From Blastocladiella emersonii ATCC 22665 (lineage: Eukaryota; Fungi; Blastocladiomycota), in contig JANHCV010000001.1 in NCBI GenBank assembly GCA_025594325.1, forward strand, positions 1,364,001-1,428,000: 64,000 nt of DNA. Direction: 5' to 3'. Positions within the stretch are counted from its first letter, which is position 1, and each line of letters opens with the position of its first letter. Positions 34,217 to 43,967 of this stretch are shown in pieces. A program made the translations under genes and the position numbers. Under the pieces are notes generated by a model. The model saw only the letters and a list, made by a program, of their open reading frames with translations, was not told the origin of the DNA and did not search any database.

Positions 34217-35320
34217 TCACGCAAAACGGCCACCGTGCGCCGTAGGCGACGTCGGGCTCACGCTCGCGGACGCCCCAATGAGGTTACTCGTCGACGGGGC
34301 CAGGATCCCGGGCGAGCTCTTGATGGTGCTCGTCGCGCCCAGCGGCGCCAGCCGCACGCCCGACGATGCCTGCACCGACGACGTGGTGCCGCCCGTCGCC
34401 GAGCGATCTTGGCTTTGCGACCCGGTGCCCGACTTGCCCGCGCCGGCGCGCATGATGCTGCGGAGCCGCTGCAGGAACGTGCAGATGACGCGGAGCCGGA
34501 GGCTTTCGACTAAGAAGATCGAGGCCCAGAGGTAGTCGAACGTCGGATCGACCTGCACGGTGATGTTTGCGGCAATCATGAGCGCACACTCGACGAACAG
34601 CATGACCTGGCTCTGCCGGATCGCGGACGTGAGACCCTCGCGCAGGACCGGCCCGCCGTCCCTGCGCTTGGTGAGATCGTTGACGCGGTACAGGAACACG
34701 GCGGAGATGAACCCGTTGATCAGCGCGTCGCCCATCGACCAGTCTGATGGCGGAGAGCAATGACAAGTTAGTGTGCAGCCACGGCGAACGAGCAAGCCGG
34801 CAGCGACCGACGACGCGACGCGACGCGACGTACAGTTCAAAATGGTGCCGGCAACGCCGACCGGGTCGATGGGAACCCGCTTGCCGATCTCGACCCAGAA
34901 GAAGATGGTGTCGATGAACTTGACGAGGGCACTGAGCGCGGCGAGCCCAGCGCATAGCTGACTGATGCGTGGGAGCACGCCCTTGCAAAACCGCCATAGT
35001 CGGAACCCGTTGAGGAGAACGAGACCAGCCCCGTCAAACAGCGCCCAGGTCGCGCCGGAAAGGTCCCAGCCCACGGCCGTCGCGCGGCGGAAGCCGTCGG
35101 CATCGACCCCCTCGCTCATGTCGGCCAGGAGCGCCATGAAGCGCGACGTGATGTCGAGCATGTGCGCGATGCAGATGCCGCACATGGCTGCCATATAGAA
35201 GGACTTGGTCGACCGGAACGACTCGTACGCGACGAGCAGCGTCCCGAGGTCCAGCGTGAGCGTGATGCCGAACGCGAACGAGCCGCTGCTCCAGAGAAGC
35301 ACCGGTTCCGTGAATCCCAT
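34217..35320 (-). CDS. Predicted 7TM (GPCR-like) membrane protein, paralog 1 of 4
   Basis: Seven hydrophobic segments and a Ser/Thr-rich C-tail. One in-frame intron at 34744-34833. Motifs LLNGFRLW, WSMGDALIN and SLRLRV are shared with the next three genes. Confidence 0.75.
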   Translation of the reverse strand: MGFTEPVLLWSSGSFAFGITLTLDLGTLLVAYESFRSTKSFYMAAMCGICIAHMLDITSRFMALLADMSEGVDADGFRRATAVGWDLSGATWALFDGAGLVLLNGFRLWRFCKGVLPRISQLCAGLAALSALVKFIDTIFFWVEIGKRVPIDPVGVAGTILNCTSRRVASSVAAGLLVRRGCTLTCHCSPPSDWSMGDALINGFISAVFLYRVNDLTKRRDGGPVLREGLTSAIRQSQVMLFVECALMIAANITVQVDPTFDYLWASIFLVESLRLRVICTFLQRLRSIMRAGAGKSGTGSQSQDRSATGGTTSSVQASSGVRLAPLGATSTIKSSPGILAPSTSNLIGASASVSPTSPTAHGGRFA

Positions 35321-35636
35321 TGCAGCGAGTGACTTTTATATAGCGTGTTTGATGGATGATATGTCAAGTTGGAGCGTGAGGGAGCTGCGACAAGGGTCGT
35401 TCGCGATCCAGCGGGAGACGTCAAGGTGACAACGGCGCGCGCTCCGCGGACATCCTCCCGAGCCCATTTCAGCCTTCGTGGTTCAAACGTGCTGCGTCAC
35501 TCCGCAGCCCCGTGCCCAATCAGCTTCGCAGGAGCCTGACCGCGTTGCGCCACTCACCCGCACCCCAAGCCCGCCGAACACAAGCAAATGGTGCTCAAAG
35601 ATCAATTGCCCGGTATATTGGTCAGGGCCTTCGCTC

Positions 35637-36826
35637 TTACTCAGCACGGCCGAGGAGAAGCGAAGGAGAGGTCGGCGAGACCGCGCTCGTCGCGATCAGC
35701 GAGGCAGTTGTCGCGGGACTGAGCCCGCCCGACGATGCCTTCATGAGGCCGCTAGCCGACGGCGCCATGCGGTTCCCGACCATACCGCGCTGGTTGCTCG
35801 AGGCCGTCGCCGAGGAAGTCTGGTCGGCGCTGTTGGAGCCCGCGTTGGTCCCGCCGCCGTTCTTGGCCTGCATGATGTTACGCAGCTGGATCAGGAAGAT
35901 GCAGGTGGCCCGCAACCGGAGCGACATGATCAAGAACAAGCCGGCCCACAGCGGGTCAAACATGGGCTCGACCTGGACCGTGATATTGGCGGCCAGCATC
36001 AGCACACACTCGAGCGCGAGGAGGAACTGCGACTCGCGGATGGCGCGCTGAAGGCCGGCGCGGAACACGGGTGCCCCGTCCTTGCCGTTGCCGGTCATCT
36101 CCTGGACTCGCCACAGAAAGACGCCACAGATGACACCGTTCAGGATCGCATCTGCCATCGACCAATCTACGCGACAGAGATCAGACCAGCATCGTACTCG
36201 CACAGCTGCCGAACGTACAGCAAAGCAATGTTCCGGCAGTCCCGACCGGGTTGATGGGCTTGCGAGTGCCAATTTCGACGTAAAAGTAGACGGTGTTGAT
36301 GACCTTGACGAGGGCACTTACGCATGAAAGGCCAAGGCACGCGAGGCTGATGCGAGGGTAGGCGGCGCCGCAAAACTTGTACAGACTAGCGGGAGCAATG
36401 AGTTAGCTATGCCCGGAGAAGAGACACCTTGAGCACGTACCGCCACCCGTTCAGTAGAACGAGGACGCACTTGTCGAGCATCGCCCATGTCGCGCCGTTG
36501 AAGTCCCAGCTAATCCCGCGCGGATGCCGAGTGCCGTCGGCGGCGACGCCTTCCACAGCGTCCGTGAGGAGCGACATGGTCCGAGACGTCGTGTTCATCA
36601 TGTGCGCGAAGCACACAAACATGATGCCGGCCATGTACCACGACTTGGTCGACCGGAACTGCTCGTAGGCGAGCAGGAGCGTACCCGAGTCCGCGGTCAG
36701 GTTAATGCCATAGGTGAAGCACCCCGTGCTCCAGACGAGGGTCGGCTACGAGCGGTTTGTGGTGCGTGAGTGCCGATGACTGTGATGCATAAGGTCGCCG
36801 CGCTCGCATACTTCAGTGATTCCCAT
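35637..36826 (-). CDS. Predicted 7TM (GPCR-like) membrane protein, paralog 2 of 4
   Basis: Introns 36746-36811, 36386-36440 and 36167-36218 give MGITEPTLVWS..LLNGWRLYK..YWSMADAILN..SLRLRA, colinear with paralog 1. Confidence 0.75.
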
Positions 36827-36957
36827 TATGATGCGTGAAGTGCAGTGTGTCTGCTGGGAGAGTGAGCCGCAGCGAGGCGCCCGAGGTTTTTCAATCTCGC
36901 GACGAGCGGTCACCAGCAAGTCAGTCAGTTCTCCGAAACACGTGGGAGGTGGCGCGG

Positions 36958-36992
36958 TGCGAGACATGCGAGACATGCGAGACATGCGAGAC
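36958..36992. repeat. 9-bp tandem repeat (TGCGAGACA, about 3.9 copies)
   Basis: Read directly; 130-165 nt upstream of the paralog 2 ATG. Confidence 0.85.
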
Positions 36993-37148
36993 GCGTTGCG
37001 CCACGTTGAAGCAGAACAACGGACAATGACCCACTTGCCAAAAGTTCAGGTTGGAGACTTTTTTTTTTGAAAAAAAAGACCTATGTATAGTAACTACCGT
37101 CACTCGCGGCATCCGTGCTCCGCCGGTCGCAACTGACCGACTCGCGTG

Positions 37149-38376
37149 TCAATCGTCGTCGCCAGCCTCGGAACTCGCGCGAGACTGCGATACGAGCGCG
37201 GTAGCCGTCGAGCTGTGTACCATGCCCGTCGCCGATTGCGCTGCCTTGAAGGAGGCGACGACCGTCGGTGCCGTGACGCGCGCGCTGGCCGAGCTCTCAG
37301 TTCCGCTCGACGAGCCGCGCCCGCGCTGCGAGGTGCCGTTCTTGACCTTTCGCGACATGATCTCGCGGAGGGTTTGGAGGAACGAGCACATGACGCGCAG
37401 TCGAAGAGACTACACGCGACGAGAGCGAGTACGGACGGGAGCGATGAGTCGGGTGAGGGAAGAACGTGCGCGGCCATGAGCGTACCTCGGCGAGGTTGAG
37501 ACTTCCCCAGCTCGGGTCCCAGTCGGGATTGATGACAATGACGACCAGATTGGCGGCAAGAAGGCACGAGCACTCGACGACCAGCATCAGCTGGTTTACG
37601 CGCACGGCCGTGAGCAGCCCGCCGCGGTACGACTTTTGGTCGCCCATGAGCACGCGAAGGTGGTAGAGGAACATGGAGCTGATCCCGGCCTGGATGACGG
37701 CGTCCATGAACGACCAATCTACATGCGAAGCTGTGAGCCGTCGACACGCATCGCTGGCGCAGGAAACGTACACGGCAAGAGAGTCGCGGCCGGGCCGGTG
37801 AAGTCGAGCGGCTTGAACGTGGCAAACTCGACGTAGAACAAGATGCAGCTAATGACCTTGAGCGCGGCGCTGGCGACCGCGAGGCCGAGGGAAACCTTGG
37901 CCGCCCGCGGCGACGTCTTGTGGCTGCTCGTCCACAGGCTACAGAACCGCGAGTGAGATCCGAGCACATCACTTGATCACGGTCCACAATCAACGTACCG
38001 GGCGCCGTTCAGAAGCACAATCCCACCGGCACCGATCCATGAGGCCGTGGCCCCGATCATGTCAAACGTGACGGCCGACGAGAACCGATTCCCCTCGGGC
38101 GTGAGCCCGAGCATCGCGTCGGTGCTGCGCGCGAACGCAATGCACGTTGACTCGAGCGCGTGCGCCGCGCTGATGATGGCCAGGGCGAGCATGTACTTGG
38201 ACTTGGTCGCCGCGAACGACGTCAGGGCGGCGATGCACGTCCCAATGTCGAGCGCGTTGACGAAGCCCCAAATGTACGAGTTTGTCGATATGACAAAGAT
38301 TGGCTACGCGAGTTTGATCCATCAGTGGGCTGATTTTGAGTTGCATGGAGTGGGCGCCTACATCGGTGAAACCCAT
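37149..38376 (-). CDS. Predicted 7TM (GPCR-like) membrane protein, paralog 3 of 4
   Basis: Four GT..AG introns give MGFTD/PIFVIS..TKSKYML..LLNGAR/LW..YWSFMDAVIQ..NLAE/SLRLRVMCSFL. Confidence 0.75.
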
Positions 38377-38651
38377 TTTTATGATGATGCTTGATCAGGG
38401 GAAGCTTTTGCCTGGCAGGAGTTTCGACGCGTTCAAGAGCCTGTCGGTGCCTCGCCGATGCAAGGCCAGGGTCTCCCGCGCGAATGCCTGGGCTGCGTTG
38501 GAAGACGCTGTGAGACAGTCACGTGTTCTGAACGACGCGCCTCGTTTCAAGTTTGCCGCCGGGCAGAACGGCGTGGCGGGCTTGAGACGACAGGCATACA
38601 ATGGAAAGCCCTTTAGGCGAGTATATCACACGACACTCTCGCGCTGGGTCC

Positions 38652-39895
38652 TCACTGAGGGCCATCCATGGCCGCCGTCGCCAGCGGGATCGGCGAGCCC
38701 TTGCCGCCCGCGCCGCCGCCGTGAAGGAGCTTGGTCGTGGACGGGTGGGTGATGGAGCCCGTGCGCGAACTGCTGCTCGTGGTTGCACCGCCGCTGTTGA
38801 TGGACCCATGCTCGCCGCGCGGAGCCGTGCCGGACTTGGACTTGCGACTCATTATCTCGCGAAGCGATTGCAGGAACGAGCCGAGAACACGTAGCCGAAG
38901 AGACTACACGGTAGAGACGAGTAATCAGTGGTTAGAGAAATTCGAAAGTAAGTCGACGGTGATGGACGCACATCCTGATTGAGACGATGATGGTCGGCCA
39001 GATGCGATGATGGGTTAGTGGTGGCGGACGCGAGGGGCCAGACGATGATGGCGGCGTACTCCGAGGCACAGCGTTCCCCACATCGGGTCAAAGTCGGGGA
39101 TCACCTGGACGACGAAGTTCACGGAGATGAGGTAGAAGCACTCGATGGCCAGCATCGCCTGGTTGAGCAGCATGATCTTGGACAGGCCCTGGCGCTGGAC
39201 GTGGTCGTTATCGCCGCCCGTCATCGAGCGCAGGTAGAAGAGGAACGTCGAGCTAATGCACGCGTTGATGATCGAGTCCAGGATTGAGAACCCTATACGA
39301 TCACGCACGCGCGAGTCAGCAACAGCGGCGGCCTGTCGAACAGTGGAGGACTTACACGAGAGCGACACGTTGCCGGGGCTATCCCACGCGATCGGCTTCA
39401 TGGACATGGTTTCGATTATGAAGAGAATGGAGCTGAGCGTCTTGAGCGACGCGCTGAACACGGCCGCGCCGAGGCACACCTTGGCCGCGCGCGGCAGCGC
39501 CTGCCGGCAGGTGCGCCAGAGTCGGTAGCCGTTGAGAAGCACAATACCACACGCCGCGATCCATGAGGATGTGATGCCGAGGAGCGCAAAGGTCATGGAC
39601 TGCCAGGAACGGATGCCCTGGGCATTCAGCCCCGGCGTGATGGCTCGGTAGCGGCCGAGCGAGATGAACGTGTTCTCGAGCGCGTGCGCGATGCTGACGG
39701 CCGCGAGCGCCAGCATCACGCGTGACCGCGACGTGTAGTACGACGCGAGCGCCGAGGCCGACGTCCCGAGGTCCGTCGCGACGATAAACCCCCAGATGAA
39801 CGCGCCGTTCGACCAGGTGAACAGGACCTACGCGGACGGACGTGAGGGTCGAGAACTCGCGGGAGCCGCTTGCATACTGTTGTAAACGATGACAT
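38652..39895 (-). CDS. Predicted 7TM (GPCR-like) membrane protein, paralog 4 of 4
   Basis: MSSFTT/VLFTWSNG..LLNGYRLW..WFSILDSIIN..DPMWGTLCLG/(D)/SLRLRVLGSFL, with a probable 3-nt micro-exon at 38972-38974. Confidence 0.75.
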
Positions 39896-40087
39896 GGCGG
39901 ATATATTGACAACGAAGAGAGGATCCAGGCCGTGGTCAAGCGACCCTCTTGAGGAAACGAGTGCCCGCAGACAGTGCGAGACGGGCCAGGAACTCGGAAC
40001 AGGCGCGGGAGACAAATCGACGTGTCGCGCGCGTGTGACATCCGAGGTATGATGATTTGTATTACACTTGGCCAGAGATACACTACG

Positions 40088-41537
40088 CTACGCCGTCAGC
40101 GACTTGACGAGCTGCTCCTTCCACGCGAGATACTCGGCAAACCGCGCGCCGTGACGAGGGTCCATGAGCGGGATCATGTGGTAGAATCCGACACCGCGGC
40201 GGGCCTTGCTGACGAGCTTGGCGGGCGCGAGCGGCTGTGCCGGAGGCGGGGGCGCGAACGGCGCGGATTCGGCCACAGAAGCCGACTGATCCGGCGCGGC
40301 AGCAGCGGGAGCGGCGGTGCGGCCGCGTGGCGTGCGGAGCGGGAGGCGGATGACGGGCACCAGTTTGCGCGCGCTCTTGGCGGGGCGAGGCGTGACGAGC
40401 TCGTCGGCCGGTTGGTCCGCGGCCATCGGAGTGCGCGATGGAGTCGCAAGTGTCCGAGTCGATGGCCGGCGCGTCGGGGTACCGGGCGCCGCGCCAGTTT
40501 CGGGTACGAGAGGAACGAGCGGTTCGGAGGAGGCGGGCGCGGACACGCCGAGAAGGTCAAGAGCAGAGCGAGGGGAGTTGGCTGCAGCCGCGCGCTGCTC
40601 AATGATCATGCGCGTGCGCTGCAGGAGGCTGAGCGTACCCGGCGACGTCAGTCCGGCAGGGCGCGGGACCGACGTGACGTTGGACAGCGGGCGACGCGCC
40701 GAGAGCGGTGGGGGCGCGGGTGTCGAGGAGGCGACAGTTGCGGGGTCGTTCTCCTCCTCGCCCTCAGCGTCGGTGCGGGCGCGCTTGCGCGAGGACTTGG
40801 CCGGGGTCGAGGGGTCAAGACGCGACTTGAGCTGGTCGGCGCACTCGGTCCGCAGCCGCGCAACGAGAAGGTCAAAGGCGTCGGTGCGCACGCCGAGCGT
40901 CTTGGCGACGTCCGACTTCTTGAGCCCATTCTGCAAGTCAGCTCGTATTAGCGTCAGTACTAGCGTTGCTGCTGCAACCAGCTGATTCCGTACCTTGCTC
41001 CCGGAACCGAGCACAAAGAGCGCGGCGCACTGGTACCCGAGCCGCAGGTCGCTCTCGTCCTGCGTCGCGTTGAGCTCGCCGCGCTGGCGGAGGACAGCGA
41101 GCGTCGACTCGGCGAGACGCTCGATAAAGTCGCGGTCGACGAGCGCGGCGCCGAGCTTGATGAGGATGTCGCCAAACGTCTTCTCGCGGATGCGTAGACC
41201 GGGCACGTTCTGCTTGATCGAGTTGACGGCGGCCGAGAGCGAGGTCTCCTGCTTGGCCGTGCGCACCTGGAGATGCTGCTTGTGGTCGAGGCCGATGCCG
41301 CTCCTACGAAGAAATCGGGCGTGAGCCGACGCTTCAAGGCAGGGACGAGTATGCGGACGCATACTCCTGGCACGCGAGCTTCACACAAGCGCGGTAGACC
41401 ATCTCGGGGTCGCGGCGGTTGGACCCCTTGAGCTTGGCCGTGTAGACGCTCTGGATCTCCTGGGCGCGCTGGAGGACCGCCTCCCGCACGGCGTCGTCGT
41501 CCAGCGGCAGGGGAAGGTGCATGGATGTGCTATTCAT
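40088..41537 (-). CDS. ORC6: Origin recognition complex subunit 6-like (TFIIB-like repeats plus C-terminal helix)
   Basis: Helical N-terminal repeats (ACVKLACQ; YQCAALFV), a basic low-complexity linker and C-terminal EYLAWKEQLV resembling the ORC6 (D/E)YxxWK motif. Introns at 41304-41364 and 40931-40993. Confidence 0.6.
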
Positions 41538-41768
41538 GGAGTGCGCAACGTTGCATAGAGCTAATTCGCAAGCTTATATTTTTCCTGAAAGTGTGTGGGA
41601 GGAGAGGAGGGTCAAGCGAGGCTGGCTCGCGCGGACGGGACTTCGAGGTGAGGCCGCTGTGACTAACAGACTGGTCGCGTGACTGATACAACGAGATATA
41701 CACTGGGGTTTATTAAACTCGGCCGTGTGATCGCACGGCCCATGAAATAGTTGAGAAACATGATCCGA

Positions 41769-43706
41769 TCAGATCCCGGCCGCCTCCCGGGCGTAGTTGA
41801 ACATCTTCTGCGCCTGGTCAGGGACCACCGGGTTGCTGCGGCCGAGGATGGCCTTTTCGACGAGGACCGCGGCCTGGACGAGGTTGTGCGGCTCCTCGAG
41901 CATGTCGCGCGGGTAGTAGATGAGGAAGTGGTACTCGTCGTTGGTGCAGCCCTTGGCCGACGCCTTGAACTCGTTGGCGAGCTCGTAGAAGGGCGCGCGG
42001 TCGGCGCCGGTGCACGTCAGGTCGAGCACGAGCGAGTAGTTGGCGCCAAAGTCCTTGGAGTCGTAGATGGTGTCCTTGCTCTTGCCCAGCGAGGTCGCGG
42101 TCAGGAAACGCGCGCGGACGCGGTTGCCCGCCGTCGCTTCGACGATCTTGGCCATGGTCTTGATGAGCGCGACGAGCGCCTCACGCTGCTCGGCGGCCAT
42201 CTCGCCGTCCGCGCCGCGGTGCGCGGCTGGGACAGAGGCGCGCGGGTCGGCAAGGATCAGGCGCTGCGCAAGGTGGGCGAGCCCGTCGTTGAACTGGCCG
42301 TAGTCCATAGCCAGCACGTTGAGCCCGACGTGCAGCGTTTTGAGGGCCATGGCGCGCACCTGGTACGCAAACGAGGTCTCGGGCACCTTGAGCGTCGAGA
42401 CCTCAAGCGCGTACGACGCGATCGTCTCGCGCAGCGTGAACTCGTCCGCGCTCGACGGGTAGCCGAACACCTCGGGCTTGCCCGCCGGCGACGACGCGCT
42501 CGCGGTCTGCTTCGACTTGGCCGACTTACCCGACTTGGGCGAGGGCGGGCGCTCAGCAGCAGCGGCGGGCTTGGTCTCCTTCTTGACGGGCGCGGCCTCC
42601 TTCTTGGGCGCCGGCACCGGCGCGGCAGCGACGGCGGCAGCCTTGGCGGAGGCCGGCTTTGCGGCGGGCTTGGGCGTGGCGAACACGGGCTCCTCCTTGA
42701 CCGTCTCCGAGCCCGAGTGCTCGTCGCTGTCCTCGTCGTCCTCCTCCTCGTCCTCGTCACTCGACGAGTCGCCCATGGTCTGGAACTTGTTGCGCGGAGT
42801 CGACGGCGACACGACCGGCTGCGGCGCGGCACGGGGGATCGCGGCCGGGGTGGCCTTGAAGCCGGCCGAGACGGCGCGCGGCGCCGGGCGGAACTCGCCG
42901 TTGGACGGGGACACGGGAGCCGGGGCAGGAGCAGGAGCAGGGGCCGCAGCGGCGCGCGGCGTGTTGAACACGAACATGGGCTGGGACACGGGCGCAGGGG
43001 CGGCGGCGGGGGCGGCGGCGAAGCTGAAGCCGCGCGCGGCCGAGGTGACTGCCGCGGGGGATACAGCGGGCGCCGGGGCCGAGGTCGGGGCCGGCGTCTC
43101 GTCGCGGGCGCCAAGCTCCTTGAGCTGCAAGATGGCCCAGTCCATGATGCCTTGGGCGTCGCGCGCCTTGGCGGCGTTGAGGTCGTCGAGCGAGTCGACG
43201 TAGAAGACGAGCGAGTAGTCGCGGGCGCCGTCGGGGCTCGAGGGCGGCTTCTGGTTCTTCTTGCTGGGCTGCGCCGCGTACAGGCGCTCGGCCATGGCAA
43301 AGAAGGCCGACTGCGCGACGTCGCCAGGCGGCAGGTGGATGGCGAGCACCTCGACCGCGTCGGTGTACGTCTTGGCCTGGCTCTTGGCGAGCGTCTCGTT
43401 GAGCACGAAGCGCGTCTTGTACGACGGCGACAGCGAGACCATGGCGACGAGCAGGTTGGTCAGGAGCGCGGCGCCCTGGCTCGTGAGGCTCGCAGGCGCC
43501 GTCGCGCGCTGGTTCGGCTGGTCGCCGAACGTCAGGATCTTGTGCGTGAGGTCGCGGACGGCCGGGACCCCGCCGTAGACCTGCGCAATGTACTTGTCGA
43601 CCAGCGCGACCGAGTCGGCCAGTGACTTAAGCGACTTGTCGGCGCGGCCCTTCGCGGCGATCCGCGTCGAGCCGACGGAGGAGGATGCATCAAAATGGGG
43701 CGTCAT
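41769..43706 (-). CDS. Unrecognised 645-aa protein with two ordered regions and an acidic/Ala-Pro linker
   Basis: Long intronless ORF with codon usage like its neighbours (GC3-rich) and a TATAAA at 43763-43768 upstream. Confidence 0.7.
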   Translation of the reverse strand: MTPHFDASSSVGSTRIAAKGRADKSLKSLADSVALVDKYIAQVYGGVPAVRDLTHKILTFGDQPNQRATAPASLTSQGAALLTNLLVAMVSLSPSYKTRFVLNETLAKSQAKTYTDAVEVLAIHLPPGDVAQSAFFAMAERLYAAQPSKKNQKPPSSPDGARDYSLVFYVDSLDDLNAAKARDAQGIMDWAILQLKELGARDETPAPTSAPAPAVSPAAVTSAARGFSFAAAPAAAPAPVSQPMFVFNTPRAAAAPAPAPAPAPVSPSNGEFRPAPRAVSAGFKATPAAIPRAAPQPVVSPSTPRNKFQTMGDSSSDEDEEEDDEDSDEHSGSETVKEEPVFATPKPAAKPASAKAAAVAAAPVPAPKKEAAPVKKETKPAAAAERPPSPKSGKSAKSKQTASASSPAGKPEVFGYPSSADEFTLRETIASYALEVSTLKVPETSFAYQVRAMALKTLHVGLNVLAMDYGQFNDGLAHLAQRLILADPRASVPAAHRGADGEMAAEQREALVALIKTMAKIVEATAGNRVRARFLTATSLGKSKDTIYDSKDFGANYSLVLDLTCTGADRAPFYELANEFKASAKGCTNDEYHFLIYYPRDMLEEPHNLVQAAVLVEKAILGRSNPVVPDQAQKMFNYAREAAGI

Positions 43707-43967
43707 GGCGGATCTAGGTCGTGGGTGAGGGAGAGAGAGGGGAATGCGGGCGGTGATCGGGCTTTATAGTGCGGCGCGTCGAGTCAGGCGATCTGTCCGC
43801 CGCCGCGAGCTGTCCGCCGCGCCACTGTCCGCTGTGGCGCAGCGCGTGCGTGGCGTCTCCCGTCCACTTTTCGAGCGACCCGCTCAGCGACCGTGCAACG
43901 CGACTACGGACAGATCAGCAACAACGACGTCGATCCTATTCATCAAATTACTCCTCTACTAGTCAAC

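Noticed and set aside
34217-39895. 7TM array as microbial or animal rhodopsins (blastoclads have rhodopsin-guanylyl cyclase)
   Set aside because: There is no Lys in the predicted TM7, no DxxxK motif and no cyclase domain. The conserved Lys is in TM4.
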